Assembly: GCA_051313645.2 (NCBI GenBank)
Contig: JBNRSN020000008.1
Span: 163,742,001-163,806,000, forward strand
Source of the DNA: Centroscyllium fabricii
Taxonomy: Eukaryota
Length of the DNA stretch: 64,000 bases
Reading direction: 5' to 3'
Each line of letters opens with the position of its first letter. The stretch's first letter is position 1. Both the position numbers and the translations under genes were made by a program. Below the pieces are notes generated by a model, which saw only the letters and a program-made list of their open reading frames with translations, had not been told where the DNA came from and searched no databases. Positions 1-14,300 of this stretch are shown one piece after another.

Positions 1-3000
1 GTGAGTACATGGGGTGGTGTGTACATTGGGTGGTGTGTACATGGGGCAGTGTGTAAATCGTGCGATGTTTAAATGGTGTGTAAATGGGCTGGTGTGTAAA
101 TTGTGCGGTGTGTAAATGGGGCGGTGTTTAAATTGGACAGTGTGTAAATCGGGCAGTGTGTAAATGGGGCCGTGTGGAAATGGCGTGGTGTGCAAATCAA
201 TCGGTGTGGAAATGGGGCGGTATGTATAGCGGGCAGTATGTAAATCAGGCGTTCTGTCAATGGGGTGGTCTGTAAATGGGGTAGTGTGTAATTGGAGCAG
301 TGTGTAAATGGGACAGTGTGTAAATGGGACAGTGTGTAACTCAGGCGCTGTGTAAATGTGGCTCTACATGAGGCAGTGTGTAAATCGGGCAGTGTGCAAC
401 TGGGGGTTGTGTAATTGGGGCAGTTTGTAAATGGGGCAGTGTGTAAATCGAGCAGTGTGTAAATGGGACAGTGTGCAAATCAGGCAGTGTGTAAATGGGG
501 GTGTACATGAGGCAGTGTGTAACTCAGGTGGTGTATAAATGGGGGGTGTACATAAGGCAGTGTGTAAATCGGGGTTGTGTGAATGGAGGTTGTGTAAATG
601 GGGCATTGCGTTAATGCGGCGATGTGTAAAAGGGACGGTGTGCAATAGGGGTGACGTGCAAATGTGGCGGCGTGCAAATAGGGCGGTGTGTAAATGGGGT
701 GGTGTGTAAATGGGGTGGTGTGTAAATGGGGTGGTGTGTAAATGGGGTGGTGTGTAAATGGGGTGGTGTGTAAACGGGGCATTGTGCAAATGGGGCAGTG
801 TGTAAATGGGGCAGTGTGTAAATGGGGCAGTGTGTAAATAGGGTGGTGTGTAAGTTGTGCAGTGTGTAAATGGAATGGTGGGTATATCGGGCAGTGTGTA
901 AATGGGTCTGTGTTTACATGGGGCGATGTATAAATGGGATGGTGTGTCAATGGGCTGTTGTGTAAACCGTGCAGCGTGTAAATCGGGTGGTGTGTAAATT
1001 TGGCGATGTGTAAATTGGGTGGTGTGTAAATGGGGTGGTGTGTTAATGGGCAGTGTATAAATGGTGCACTGTGTAAATGGGGCATTGTGTAAATCGGACA
1101 GTGTGTAAATCGGGTGGTGGATAGATCAGGCAATGTGTAATGGGGATGGTGTGTAAATGGGGCGGTGTGCAGATCAGGCAGTGTGTAAATCGGGTGATGT
1201 GTAAATGATGCAATGTGTTAATGGGGCGGTCTGTAAATTAGGCGGTCTGTGAATTAGGTGGTGTGTAAATAGGGTGGTGTGTTAATGGGCGGTGTGTAAA
1301 TGTGGCGGTGTGTAAATGGGTCATGTGTAAATGGGATGGTGTGTAAATGGGATGGTGTGTTAATGGGCTGGTGTGTAAATTGTGTGGTGTGTAAATGGGG
1401 AGGTGTATAAATGGGGCGGTGGGTAAATGGGGCAGCGTGGAAATGGGGAGACATGTAAATGGAATGGTGGGTAAATGGATCAATTTGTAAATGGGCCATT
1501 GTGTAAATTGGGTAGTGTGTAAATGGTGCGGTATGTAAGTTGACTGGTGTGTAAATCAGGCAGTGTAAATGGGGTGGTGTGTAAACTGAGCAGAGTGTAA
1601 ATGGGACTGTGTGTAAATCAGGTGCTGTGTAAATGGGTGTGTGCATGGGGCGGCATGTAAATGGGGCGGTGTGTAATTTGGACAGTGTGGAATTGGGGTG
1701 GTGTGTAAATCGGGCAGTGTGTATATTTAACGGTGTGTAAATGGAGCTGTGTCAAAATCGGGCAGTGTGTAAATTGGGCTGTGTGTGAATGGGTCAGTGT
1801 GTAAATGGGAGTGTAAATTTGACGGTGTGGAAATGGGGAGGTGTGTAACTGGGGTGGTGTGTAAATGGAACAGTGTGTTACTGGGGTGGTGTGTAAATGG
1901 GTCTGTGTGTAAATGGGTCTGTGTGTAAATGGGTCTGTATATAAATGTGACGGTGTATAAATGGGCTATTGTGTAAATTGGGCAATGTGTAAATGGGGCG
2001 ACGTGTAAATCGGTCAGTTTGTAAATGGGCCAATGTGTAAATTGGGCAGTGTGTAAATGGCGCGGTGTGTAAATTGATCAGTGTGTAAATGGGGCGGCAT
2101 GTAAGTTGACTGGTGTGTAAATCAGGCAGTGTAAATGGGGCGGTGTGTAAACTGAGCAGAGTGTAAATGGGACAGTGTGTAAATCAGGTGCTGTGTAAAT
2201 GGGTGTGTGCATGGGGCGGCATGTAAATGGGGCGGCGTATAAATGGGACAGCGTGTAAATGGGGCGGCGTGTAAATGGGGCGGCGTGTAAATGGGGTGGC
2301 GTGTAAATGGGACGGCGTGTAAATGGGGCGGCGTGTAAATGGGGCGGCGTGTAAATGGGGCGGCGTGTAAATGGGGCGGCGTATAAATGGGGCAGCGTGT
2401 AAATTAGGCGGCGTGTAAATGGGGCGGCGTGTAAATGGGGCGGCGTGTAAATGGGGCTGCATGTAAATGGAATGGTGTGTAAATCGGGCAGTGTGTAAAT
2501 CGGGCAGTGTGTAAATCGGGCTGTGTGTGAATGGGCCATTGTGTAAATTGGGCAGTGTGTAAATGGCGCGGTGCGTAAATTGATCAGTGTGTAAATGGGA
2601 CGGCGTGTAAATGGGGCGGCGTGTAAATGGGGCGGCGTGTAAATGGGGCGGCGTGTAAATGGGGCGGCGTGTAAATGGGGCGGCGTGTAAATGGGGCAGC
2701 GTGTAAATTAGGCGGCGTGTAAATGAGGCGGCGTGTAAATGGGGCTGCATGTAAATGGGGCTGCGTGTAAATGGAATGGTGTGTAAATCGGGCAGTGTGT
2801 AAATCGGGCAGTGTGTAAATCGGGCTGTGTGTGAATGGGCCATTGTGTAAATTGGGCAGTGTGTAAATGGCAGTGTGTAAATTGATCAGTTTGTAAATGG
2901 GCGGTATGCAATTGGGTGGTGTGTAAATTGGGCGGTGTTTCAATGGGGTGGTTTGTAAACTGATCAGAGTGTAAATGGAGCAGTCTGTAAATTGAGCGGT

Positions 3001-3067
3001 GTATAAGTGGGTTTCTGTCTAAATGGGGCGGTTTATAAATGGGATGGTGTCTAACTGGGGCAGTGTG

Positions 3068-3296
3068 TGACATGAATCTTGTCGTTCATGTGGAAATGAT
3101 TTATGAAATAATACTGGGCGGCCTGCTAGTGGCGCTGTCCAGGCAGAGTATAAATACTCGGGCCTAAGCCCAGCTTGCTCAGGATATTCTTTAACAGGAA
3201 CTGGTGAAGGACACACCTTGACCTCCATGTTCTAAAACAGTTGATTAAAGCTTTGTTTAATGATTAGACTAAGTGCCTAGTAGTTTTCTTATGTCA
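3068..3296 (+). mobile_element. Solo-LTR-like 229-bp cassette, copy 1
   Basis: TGACATGA...TTATGTCA imperfect inverted termini, GAGTATAAAT TATA box, ATTAAA signal, GTGTG duplicated on both sides relative to the empty repeat unit GGGGCAGTGTGTAAAT. Confidence 0.75.
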
Positions 3297-4930
3297 GTGT
3301 GTAAATGGGGCGGTGTGTAAATGGGATGGTGTGTAAGTCATGCGGTGTGTAAATGGTAATGCTTAGAGTACGTGGCTGGTAGTTTTCTAATCACAGTGTG
3401 TAAAATGGAACGGTGTGTAAACTGAGTGGTGTGTAAATGGGACAGTGTGTAAATCAGGCAATGTATAAATGGGGGTGTACATGAGGCAGTGTGTAAATCG
3501 GGCAGTGTATAAATGGGGTGGTGTGTAAATTGAGCAGTGTGTAAATTGAGCAATGTGGAAATGGGGTGGTGTTCAAAATTGGGAGGTGTGTGAAACGGGC
3601 TGTGTGTGAAACGGGCTGTGTGTAAATAGGGCAGTGTATAAATTGGATGGTGTATAAATCAGCCAGGTGTGTAAATGGGGCAGTGCTTAAATGGGTCGGT
3701 GTGTAAATAGGGTGGTGAGGAAATGGGATTGTGTGTAAATGGGGCGGCGTGTAAATGGGACGGAGTGTAAATCAGATGGTGTGTGAATGGGGCGGTGTGT
3801 GAATGGGGCGGTGTGTGAATGGGGCAGCGGTGTGTCAATGGGGCGGTGTGTCAATGGGGCGGTGTGTCAATGGGGCGGTGTGTCAATGGGGCGGTGTGTC
3901 AATGGGGCGGTGTGTCAATGGGGCGGTGTGTCAATGGGGCAGTGTGTCAATGGGGCGGTGTGCCAATGGGGCGGTGTGTGAATGGGGCGGTGGTGGGTGA
4001 ATGGGGCGGTGTGTCAATGGGGCGGTGTGTCAATGGGGAGGTGTGTCAATGGGACGGTGTGTCAATGGGGCGGTGTGCCAATGGGGCGGTGTGCCAATGG
4101 GGCGGTCTGTAAATCAGGTGGCTGTGTAAATGGGGCGGCATGAAAAAAAGGGGTGCTGTGTAAATGGGGCAGTGTGTAAATGGGGCGGTGTGTCAAATCG
4201 GATGGTGTGTAAATCGGATGGTGTGTAAATGGGCGGCATTGTGTAAATGGGCGGCATTGTGTAAATGGGGCTGCGTGTAAATGGGACGGCGTGTAAATGG
4301 GGCTGCGTGTAAATGGGGCTGCGTGTAAATGGGGCGGCGTGTAAATGGGGCGGCGTGTAAATGGGGCGGCGTGTAAATGGGGCGGCGTGTAAATGGGGCG
4401 GCGTGTAAATGGGGCAGTATGTGAAAGGGGCGGCGTGTAAATGGGCCATCGTATAAATTGGGCAGTGTGTAAATGGCACGGTGCGTAAATTGATCAGAGT
4501 GTAAATGGGACGCCGTGTAAATGGGGCGGCGTATAAATGGGGCGGCGTGTAAATGGGGCGGCGTGTAAATGGGGCGGCGTGTAAATTAGGCGGCGTGTAA
4601 ATGGGGCGGCGTGTAAATGGGGCTGCGTGTAAATGGGGCTGCGTGTAAATCAAATGGTGTGTAAATCGGGCAGTGTGTAAATCGGGCTGTGTGTGAATGG
4701 GCCATTGTGTAAATTGGGCAGTATGTAAATGGCAGTGTGTAAATTGATCAGTTTGTAAATGGGCGGTATGTAAATTGGGTGGTGTGTAAATTGGGCGGTG
4801 TTTCAATGGGGCGGTTTGTAAACTGATCAGAGTGTAAATGGAGCAGTCTGTAAATCGAGCGGTGTATAAGTGGGGTTCTGTCTAAATGGGACGGTTTATA
4901 AATGGGATGGTGTCTAACTGGGGCAGTGTG

Positions 4931-5159
4931 TGACATGAATCTTGTCGTTCATGTGGAAATGATTTATGAAATAATACTGGGCGGCCTGCTAGTGGCGCTG
5001 TCCAGGCAGAGTATAAATACTCGGGCCTAAGCCCAGCTTGCTCAGGATATTCTTTAACAGGAACTGGTGAAGGACACACCTTGACCTCCATGTTCTAAAA
5101 CAGTTGATTAAAGCTTTGTTTAATGATTAGACTAAGTGCCTAGTAGTTTTCTTATGTCA
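4931..5159 (+). mobile_element. Solo-LTR-like cassette, copy 2
   Basis: Appears identical to copy 1 (shares CTAGTGG, GATATTC and CACCTTG variants). Confidence 0.75.
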
Positions 5160-8100
5160 GTGTGTAAATGGGGCGGTGTGTAAATGGGATGGTGTGTAAG
5201 TCATGCAGTGTGTAAATGGTAATGCTTAGACTACGTGGCTGGTAGTTTTCTAATCACAGTGTGTAAATGGGACGGTGTGTAAACTGAGTGGTGTGTAAAT
5301 GGGACAGTGTGTAAATCAGGCAATGTGTAAATGGGGGTGTACATGAGGCAGTGTGTAAATCGGGCAGTGTATAAATGGGGTGGTGTGTAAATTGAGCAGT
5401 GTGTCAATTGAGCAATGTGGAAATGGGGTGGTGTTCAAAATTGGGAGGTGTGTGAAACGGGCTGTGTGTGAAACGGGCTGTGTGTGAATAGGGCAGTGTA
5501 TAAATTGGATGATGTATAAAACAGCCAGGTGTGTAAATGAGGCAGTGCTTAAATGGGTCGGTGTGTAAATAGGGCGGTGAGGAAATGGGATTGTGTGTAA
5601 ATGGGGCGGCGTGTAAATGGGACGGAGTGTAAATCAGATGGTGTGTGAATGGGGCGGTGTGTGAATGGGGCGGTGTGTGAATGGGGTGGGTGTGTGAATG
5701 GGACGGTGTGTGAATGGGGCGGTGTGTGAATGGGGCGGTGTGTCAATGGGGCGGTGTGTCAATGGGGCGGTGTGTCAATGGGGCGGTGTGTCAATGGGGC
5801 GGTGTGTCAATGGGGCGGTGTGTCAATGGGGCGGTGTGCCAATGGGGCGGTGTGCCAATGGGGCGGTGTGCCAATGGGGCGGTGTGCCAATGGGGCGGTG
5901 TGCCAATGGGGCGGTGTGCCAATGGGGCGGTGTGTCAATGGGGCGGTGTGTCAATGGGGCGGTGTGTCAATGGGGCGGTGTGTCAATGGGGCGGTGTGTC
6001 AAAGGGGCGGTGTGTCAAAGGGGCGGTGTGTCAAAGGGGCGGTGTGTCAATGGGGCGGTGTGTCAATGGGGCGGTGTGTCAATGGGGCGGTGTGTCAATG
6101 GGGCGGTGTGTCAATGGGGCGGTGTGTCAATGGGGCGGTGTGTCAATGGGGCGGTGTGTCAATGGGGCAGTGTGTCAATGGGGCGGTGGTGGGTTAGTGG
6201 GGCGGTGTGTCAATGGGGCGGTGTGTCAATGGGGCGGTGTGTCAATGGGGCGGTGTGTCAATGGGGCGGTGTGTCAATGGGGCGGTGTGCCAATGGGGCG
6301 GTGAGCCAATGGGGCGGTGTGCCAATGGGGCGGTGTGCCAATGGGGCGGTGAGCCAATGGGGCGGTGTGCCAATGGGGCGGTGTGCCAATGGGGCGGTGT
6401 GCCAATGGGGCGGTCTGTAAATCAGGTGGCTGTGTAAATGGGGCGGCATGAAAAAAAAGGGGTGGTGTGTAAATGGGGCAGTGTGTAAATGGGGCGGTGT
6501 GTCAAATCGGATGGTGTGTAAATCGGATGGTGTGTAAATGGGCGGCATTGTGTAAATGGGCGGCATTGTGTAAATGGGGCATTGTGTAAATGGGACTGCA
6601 TGTAAATGGGGCTGCGTGTAAATGGGGCTGCGTGTAAATGGGGCGGCGTGTAAATGGGGCTGCGTGTAAATGGGGCAGTGTGTAAATGGGCCATCGTATA
6701 AATTGGGCAGTGTGTAAATGGCGCGGTGCGTAAATTGATCAGTGTGTAAATGGGGCGGTGTATAAATGGGGCGGCGTGTAAATGGGGCGGCGTGTAAATG
6801 GGGCGGCGTGTAAATGGGGCTGCGTGTAAATGGGGCGGCGTGTAAATGGGGCAGCGTGTAAATGGGGCGGCGTGTAAATGGGGCGGCGTGTAAATGGGGC
6901 GGCGTGTAAATGGGGCGGCGTGTAAATGGGGCGGCGTGTAAATGGGGCGGCGTGTAAATGGGGCTGCGTGTAAATGGGGCTGCGTGTAAATGGGGCGGCG
7001 TGTAAATGGGGCGGCGTGTAAATGGGGCGGCGTGTAAATGGGGCGGCGTGTAAATGGGGCTGCGTGTAATTGGGGCGGCGTGTAAATGGGGCGGCGTGTA
7101 AATGGGGCGGCGTGTAAATGGGGCGGCGTGTAAATGGGGCGGCGTCTAAATGGGGCGGCGTCTAAATGGGTCTGCGTGTAAATGGGTCTGCGTGTAAATG
7201 GGGCGGCGTGTAAATGGGGCGGCGTGTAAATGGGGCGGCGTGTAAATGGGGTGGCGGGTAAATGGGCCATCGTGTAAATAGGGCTTTGTGTAAATGGCGC
7301 GGTGCGTAAATTGATCAGTGTGTAAATGGGGCGGTATGTAAATTGGGTGGTGTGTAACTCGGGCAGTGTTTCAATGGTGTGGTGTGTAAACTGAGCAGAG
7401 TGTAGATGGAGCAGTGTGTAAATCAAGCAATGTGTAAATGGGACAGTGTGTAAATCAGGTGGTGTGTAAATCGGGGTGTGCATGAGGCGGTATGTAAATC
7501 GGGAAGTGTGTATATTTAGCGGTGCGTAAATGGGGCAATGTCTAAATCGGGCAGTGTGTAAGTTGGGCTGTGTGTGAATGGGGCAGTGTGTAAATTGGAT
7601 GGTGTGGAAATGGGGAGGTGTGTAAATGGGACGGTGTGTAAATGGGTCGGTGTGTAAATGAATCTGTACATAAATGTGATGGTGTATAAATGGGCTGTTG
7701 TGTAAATTGGGAAGTGTGTAAATGGGTCTGTGTGTTAATGGAATGATGTGTATATGGTGGGGTGTGTAAAAGGTGTGTGTAAATGGGGTGATGTGTAAAT
7801 TCGGCGGTGTGTAAAGGGGATAGTGTGTAAATTGAGCAGGGTGCAAATCAGGCGGTGTGTAAATCAGGCGGTCTAAATGGGGCGGTGTGTAACTGGGGTG
7901 ATGTGTAACTGGGGCGGTGTGTAAATGGGGCGGCGTGTAAATGGGGCGGCCTGTAAATGGGGCGGCGTGTAAATGGGGCGGCGTGTAAATGGGGCGGCGT
8001 GTAAATGGGGCGGCGTGTAAATGGGGCGGCGTGTAAATGGGGCGGCGTGTAAATGGGGCGGCGTGTAAATGGGGCGGCGTGTAAATGGGGCGGCGTGTAA

Positions 8101-9752
8101 ATGGGGCTGCGTGTAAATGGGGCTGCGTGTAAATGGGGCTGAGTGTAAATGGGGCTGCGTGTAAACGGGGCAGCGTGTAAACGGGGCTGTGCAGCAGTGT
8201 GCAAATGGGGCAGTGTGTAAATGGGGCAAATTGGGCAGTGTTTACATGGGGCAGTGTTTAAATGGGGCAGTGTGTAAATGGGGCAACATGTAAATGGGGC
8301 AGTGTGTAAATGGCGCGGTGCGTAAATTGATCCGAAATGGGGCGGTATGTAAATTGGGTGCTGTGTAAATCGGGCGGTGTTTCAATGGGGCGGTTTGTAA
8401 ACTGATCAAAGTGTAAATGGAGCAGTCTGTAAATCGAGCGGAGGGTGAATGGGGCGGTGTGTAAATGAGGTGGTGTGTAAATGGGGCAGCGTGTAAATGG
8501 GGCAGCGTGTAAATGGGGCAGGGTGTAAATGGGGCAGCGTGTAAATGGGGCTGCGTGTAAACGGAGCTGCGTGGAAACGGGGCAGCGTGTAAACGGGGCA
8601 GCGTGTAAACGGGGCAGCGTGTAAACAGGGCAGCGTCTAAACGGGGCAGCATGTAAACGGGGCAGCGTGTAAATGGGGCAGTGTGTAAATGGGGCAGTGT
8701 GTAAACGGGGCAGCGTGTAAACGGTGCAGTGTGTAAACGGGGCAGTGTTTAAACGGGGCAGTGTGTAAATGGGGCAGTATGTTAATGGGATGGTGTGTAA
8801 ATCGGGCAGTGTTTACATGGGGCAGTATTTAAATGGGGCAGTGTGTAAATGGGGCGACATGTAAATGGGCCATTGTGTAAATTGAGCAGCGTGTAAATGG
8901 CGCAGTGCGTAAATTGATCCGAAATGGCGCGGTATGTAAATTGGGTGGTGTGTAAATCGGGCGGTGTTTCAATGGGGCAGTTTGTAAACTGATCAGAGTG
9001 TAAATGGAGCAGTCTGTAAATCGAGCGGAGTGTAAATGGGGCAGTGTCTAAATCGGGCGGTGTGTAAATTGGGCTGTGTGTGAATGGGGCAGTGTCTAAA
9101 TGGGACGGTGTGTAAATGGGTCTGTGTGTAAATGGGGTGGTGTGTAAATGGGTCTGTGTGTAAATGGGTCTGTGTGACAGTGTGTAAATGGGCCGTTGAG
9201 TAAATTGGGCAGTGTGTAAATTGGATGGTGTAAATGGAACAGTGTGTAACTGGGGTGTTGTGTAAATGGGTCTGTATATAAATGTGACGGTGTATAAATG
9301 GGCTGTTGTGTAAATGGGGCAGTGTGTAAATGGGGCAGTGTGTAAATGGGTCTGTGTGTGAATGGGTCTGTGGGTAAATGATATGCTGTGTAAATGGTGT
9401 GTGTGCATGGTGGGGTGTGTAAATGGGGCGGCGTGTAAATGGGGCGGCGTGTAAATGGAATGGTGTGTAAATCGGGCAGTGTGTAAATGGGGCAGTGTGT
9501 AAATTGGGCTGTGTGTGAATGGGCCATTGTGTAAATTGGGCAGTGTGTAAATGGCAGTGTGTAAATTGATCAGTTTGTAAATGGGCGGTATGTAAATTGG
9601 GTGGTGTGTAAATTGGGCGGTGTTTCAATGGGGCGGTTTGTAAACTGATCAGAGTGTAAATTGAGGAGTCTGTAAATCGAACGGTGTATAAGTGGGGTTC
9701 TGTCTAAATGGGGCGGTTTATAAATGGGATGGTGTCTAACTGGGGCAGAGTG

Positions 9753-9981
9753 GGACATGAATCTTGTCGTTCATGTGGAAATGATTTATGAAATAATATA
9801 GGGCGGCCGGCTGGTGGCGCTGTCCAGGCAGAATATAAATACTCGGGCCTAAGCCCAGCTTGCTCAGGACATTCTTTAACAGGAACTGGTGAAGTACACA
9901 ACTAGACCTCCATGTTCTAAAACAGTTGATTAAAGCTTTGTTTAATGATTAGACTAAGTGCCTAGTAGTTTTCTTATGTCA
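9753..9981 (+). mobile_element. Solo-LTR-like cassette, copy 3
   Basis: Same cassette with GGACAT start and GAAGTACAC variant. Confidence 0.75.
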
Positions 9982-11111
9982 GTGTGTAAATGAGGCGGTG
10001 TGTAAATGGGATGGTGTGTAAGTCATGCGGTGTGTAAATGGTAATGCTTAGACTACGTGGCTGGTAGTTTTCTAATCACAGTGTGTAAATGGGACGGTGT
10101 GTAAACTGAGCGGTGTGTAAATGGGACAGTGTGTAAATCAGGCAATGTGTAAATGGGGGTGTACATGAGGCAGTGTGTAAATCGGGCAGTGTATAAATGG
10201 GGTGGTGTGAAAAATTGAGCAGTGTGTAAATTGAGCGATGTGGAAATGGGGTGGTGTTCAAAATTGGGAGGTGTGTGAAACGGGCTGTGTGTGAAACGGG
10301 CTGTGTGTGAATAGGGCAGTGCATAAATTGGATGGTGTATAAATCAGCCAGGTGTGTAAATGGGGCAGTGCTTAAATGGGTTGGTGTGTAAATAGGGCGG
10401 TGAGGAAATGGGATTGTGTGTAAATGGGGCGGCGTGTAAATGGGACGGAGTGTAAATCAGATGGTGTGTGAATGGGGCGCTGTGTGAATAGGGCGGTGTG
10501 TGAATGGGGCGGTGTGTCAATGGGGCGGTGTGTCAATGGGGCGGTGTGTCAATGGGGCGGTGTGTCAATGGGGCGGTGTGTCAATGGGGCGGTGTGTCAA
10601 TGGGGCGGTGTGTCAATGGGGCGGTGTGTCAATGGGGCGGTCTGTAAATCCGGTGGCTGTTTAAATGGGGCGGCATGGAAATGTGGTGGTGTGTAAATGG
10701 GGCAGTGTGTAAATGGGGCGGTGTGTCAAATCGGATGGTGTGTAAATTGGATGGTGTGTAAATGGGCAGCATTGTGTAAATGGGCGGCATTGTGTAAATG
10801 GGGCATTGTGTAAATGGGGCAGCGTGTAAATGGGGCTGTGTGTAAATGGGGCAGTGTGTAAATTGGGCTGTGTGTGAATGGGCCATTGTGTAAATTGGGC
10901 AGTGTGTAAATGGCAGTGTGTAAATTGATCAGTTTGTAAATGGGCGGTATGTAAATTGGGTGGTGTGTAAATTGGGCGGTGTTTCAATGGGGCGGTTTGT
11001 AAGCTGATCAGAGTGTAAATTGAGGAGTCTGTAAATCGAGCGGTGTATAAGTGGGGTTCTGTCTAAATGGGGCGGTTTATAAATGGGATGGTGTCTAACT
11101 GGGGCAGAGTG

Positions 11112-11340
11112 GGACATGAATCTTGTCGTTCATGTGGAAATGATTTATGAAATAATACAGGGCGGCCGGCTGGTGGCGCTGTCCAGGCAGAATATAAATA
11201 CTCGGGCCTAAGCCCAGCTTGCTCAGGACATTCTTTAACAGGAACTGGTGAAGTACACAACTAGACCTCCATGTTCTAAAACAGTTGATTAAAGCTTTGT
11301 TTAATGATTAGACTAAGTGCCTAGTAGTTTTCTTATGTCA
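11112..11340 (+). mobile_element. Solo-LTR-like cassette, copy 4
   Basis: Shares diagnostic variants with copy 3. Confidence 0.75.
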
Positions 11341-14300
11341 GTGTGTAAATGGGCGGTGTGTAAATGGGATGGTGTGTAAGTCATGCGGTGTGTAAATGGT
11401 AATGCTTAGACTACGTGGCTGGTAGTTTTCTAATCACAGTGTGTAAATGGGACGGTGTGTAAACTGAGTGGTGTGTACATGAGGCAGTGTGTAAATCGGG
11501 CAGTGTATAAATGGGGTGGTGTGAAAAATTGAGCAGTGTGTAAATTGAGCGATGTGGAAATGGGGTGGTGTTCAAAATTGGGAGGTGTGTGAAACGGGCT
11601 GTGTGTGAAACGGGCTGTGTGTGAAACGGGCTGTGTGTGAAACGGGCTGTGTGTGAAACGGGCTGTGTGTGAAACGGGCTGTGTGTGAAACGGGCTGTGT
11701 GTGAATAGGGCAGTGTATAAATTGGATGGTGTATAAATCAGCCAGGTGTGTAAATGGGGCAGTGCTTAAATGGGTCGGTGTGTAAATAGGGCGGTGAGGA
11801 AATGGGATTGTGTGTAAATGGGGCGGCGTGTAAATGGGATGGAGTGTAAATCAGATGGTGTGTGAATGGGGCGGTGTGTGAATGGGGCGGTGTGTGAATG
11901 GGGCGGTGTGTGAATGGGGCGGTGTGTCAACGGGGCGGTGTGTCAACGGGTCGGTGTGTCAACGGGGCGGTGTGTCAACGGGGCGGTGTGTCAACGGGGC
12001 GGTGTGTCAACGGGGCGGTGTGTCAATGGGGCGGTGTGTCAATGGGGCGGTGTGTCAATGGAGCGGTGTGCCAATGGGGCGGTGTGCCAATGGGGCGGTG
12101 TGTCAATGGGGCAGTCTGTAAATCCGGTGGCTGTGTAAATGGGGCGGCATGGAAATGTGGTGGTGTGTAAATGGGGCAGTGTGTAAATGGGGCGGTGTGT
12201 CAAATCATATGGTGTGTAAATTGGATGGTGTGTAAATGGGCGGCATTGTGTAAATGGGTGGCATTGTGTAAATGGGGCATTGTGTAAATGGGGCAGCGTG
12301 TAAATGGGGCAGCGTGTAAATGGGGCTGTGTGTAAATGGGGCTGCGTGTAAATGGGGCTGCGTGTAAATGGGGCTGCGTGTAAATGGGGCGGCGTGTAAA
12401 TGGGGCGGCGTGTAAATGGGGCGGCGTGTAAATGGGGCGGCGTGTAAATGGGGCGGCGTGTAAATGGGGCGGCGTGTAAATGGGGAGGCGTGTAAATGGG
12501 GTGGCATGTAAATGGGCCATCGTATAAATTGGGCAGTGTGTAAATGGCGCGGTGCGTAAATTGATCAGTGTGTAAATGGGTCAGCGTGTAAATGGGGCGG
12601 CGTGTAAATGGGCTGTTGTGTAAATAGGGCAATGTGTAAATGGGGAAAATGTGTAAATGGGTCTGTGTGTGAATGAGTCTGTGTGTAAATTGAATGCTGT
12701 TAAATGGTGTGGTGTGTACATGGGGTGTGTAAATGGTGTGGTGTGTAAATGGGGCGGTGTGTAAATGGGGCACAGTGTGTAAATGGGGCACAGTGTGTAA
12801 ATGGGGCCGTGTGTAAATGGGATGGTGTGTAAATTGGCCAGTGTTTACATGGGGCAGTATTTAAATGGGGCAGTGTGTAAATGGGGCGATATGTGAATGG
12901 GCCATTGTGTAAATTGGGCAGTGTGTAAATGGCGCGGTGCGTAAATTGATCCAAAACGGCGCGGTATGTAATTTGGGTGGTGTGTAAATTGGGCGGTGTT
13001 TCAATGGGGCGGTTTGTAAACTGATCAGAGTGTAAATAGAGCGGTCGGTTAATCGAGCGGAGTGTAAATGGGGCGGTGTCTAAATGGGGCGGTGTCTAAA
13101 TGGGGCGGTGTGTAAATGGGGTGGTGTGTAAATGGGTCTGTGTTTAAATGTGATGGTGTATAAATGGGCTGTTGTGTAAATAGGGCAATGTGTAAATGGG
13201 GCAGTGTGTAAATGTTGTGATGTGTACATGGTGGGGTGTGTAAATGGGGCCGTGTGTAAATGGGATGGTGTGTAAATCGGGCAGTGTTTACATGGGGCAG
13301 TATTTAAATGGGGCGACATGTGAATGGGCCATTGTGTAAATTGGGCAGTGTGTAAATGGCGCGGTGCGTAAATTGATCCGAAACGTGTAAATTGGGCTGT
13401 GTGTAAATGGGGTGGTGTATAAATGGGGCGGTGTGTAAATGGGGTAGTGTATAAATTGGGCTGTGTGTAAATGGGGTGATGTGTAAATGGGGCGGTGCGT
13501 AAATGGGGTGGTGTATAAATGGGTCTGTGTGTAAATTGGGCAGTGTGTAAATTGGATGGTGTGGAAATGGGGAGGTGTAAATGGGGCGGTGTGTAAATGG
13601 AACAGTGTGTAACTGGGGTGTTGTGTAAATGGGTCTGTATATAAATGTGACAGTGTATAAATGGGCTGTTGTGTAAATAGGGCAATGTGTAAATGGGTCT
13701 GTGTGTGAATGGATCTGTGTGTAAATGGAATACTGTGTACATGGTGTGGTGTGTACATGGTTGGGTGTGTAAATGGTGTGGTGTGTAAATGGGGCGGTGT
13801 GTAAATGGGGCACAGTGTGTAAATGGGGCCATGTGTAAATGGGACAGTGTGTAAATTGGGCGGTGTGTAAAGGGGATGGTGTGTAAATTGAGCACGGTGC
13901 AAATCGGGCGGTGTGTAAATCAGGCGGTGTAAATGGGGCGGTGTCTAAATGGGACCGTGTGTAAATGGGGCAGTGTGTAAATGGGGCGGTGTGTAAATGA
14001 GGCGGTGTGTAAATGGGGCAGTGTGTAAATGGGGCGGTGTGTAAATGGGGCGGTGTGTAAATGGGGCGGTGTGTAAATGGGGCGGTGTGTAAATGGGGCG
14101 GTGTGTAAATGGGGCGGTGTGTAAATGGGGCGGTGTGTAAATGGGGCGGTGTGTAAATGGGGCGGTGTGTAAATGGGGCGGTGTGTAAATGGGGCGGTGT
14201 GTAAATGGGGCGGTGTGTAAATGGGGCGGTGTGTAAATGGGGCTGTGTGTAAATGGGGCTGTGTGTAAATGGGGCTGTGTGTAAATGGTGCAGTGTGTAC

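Noticed and set aside
3019-3228. Recurrent short ORF MEVKVCPSPVPVKEYPEQAG... in the cassette
   Set aside because: It is the antisense reading of the cassette; start codon and frame are not preserved among copies (1-bp indels) and no domain is recognisable.
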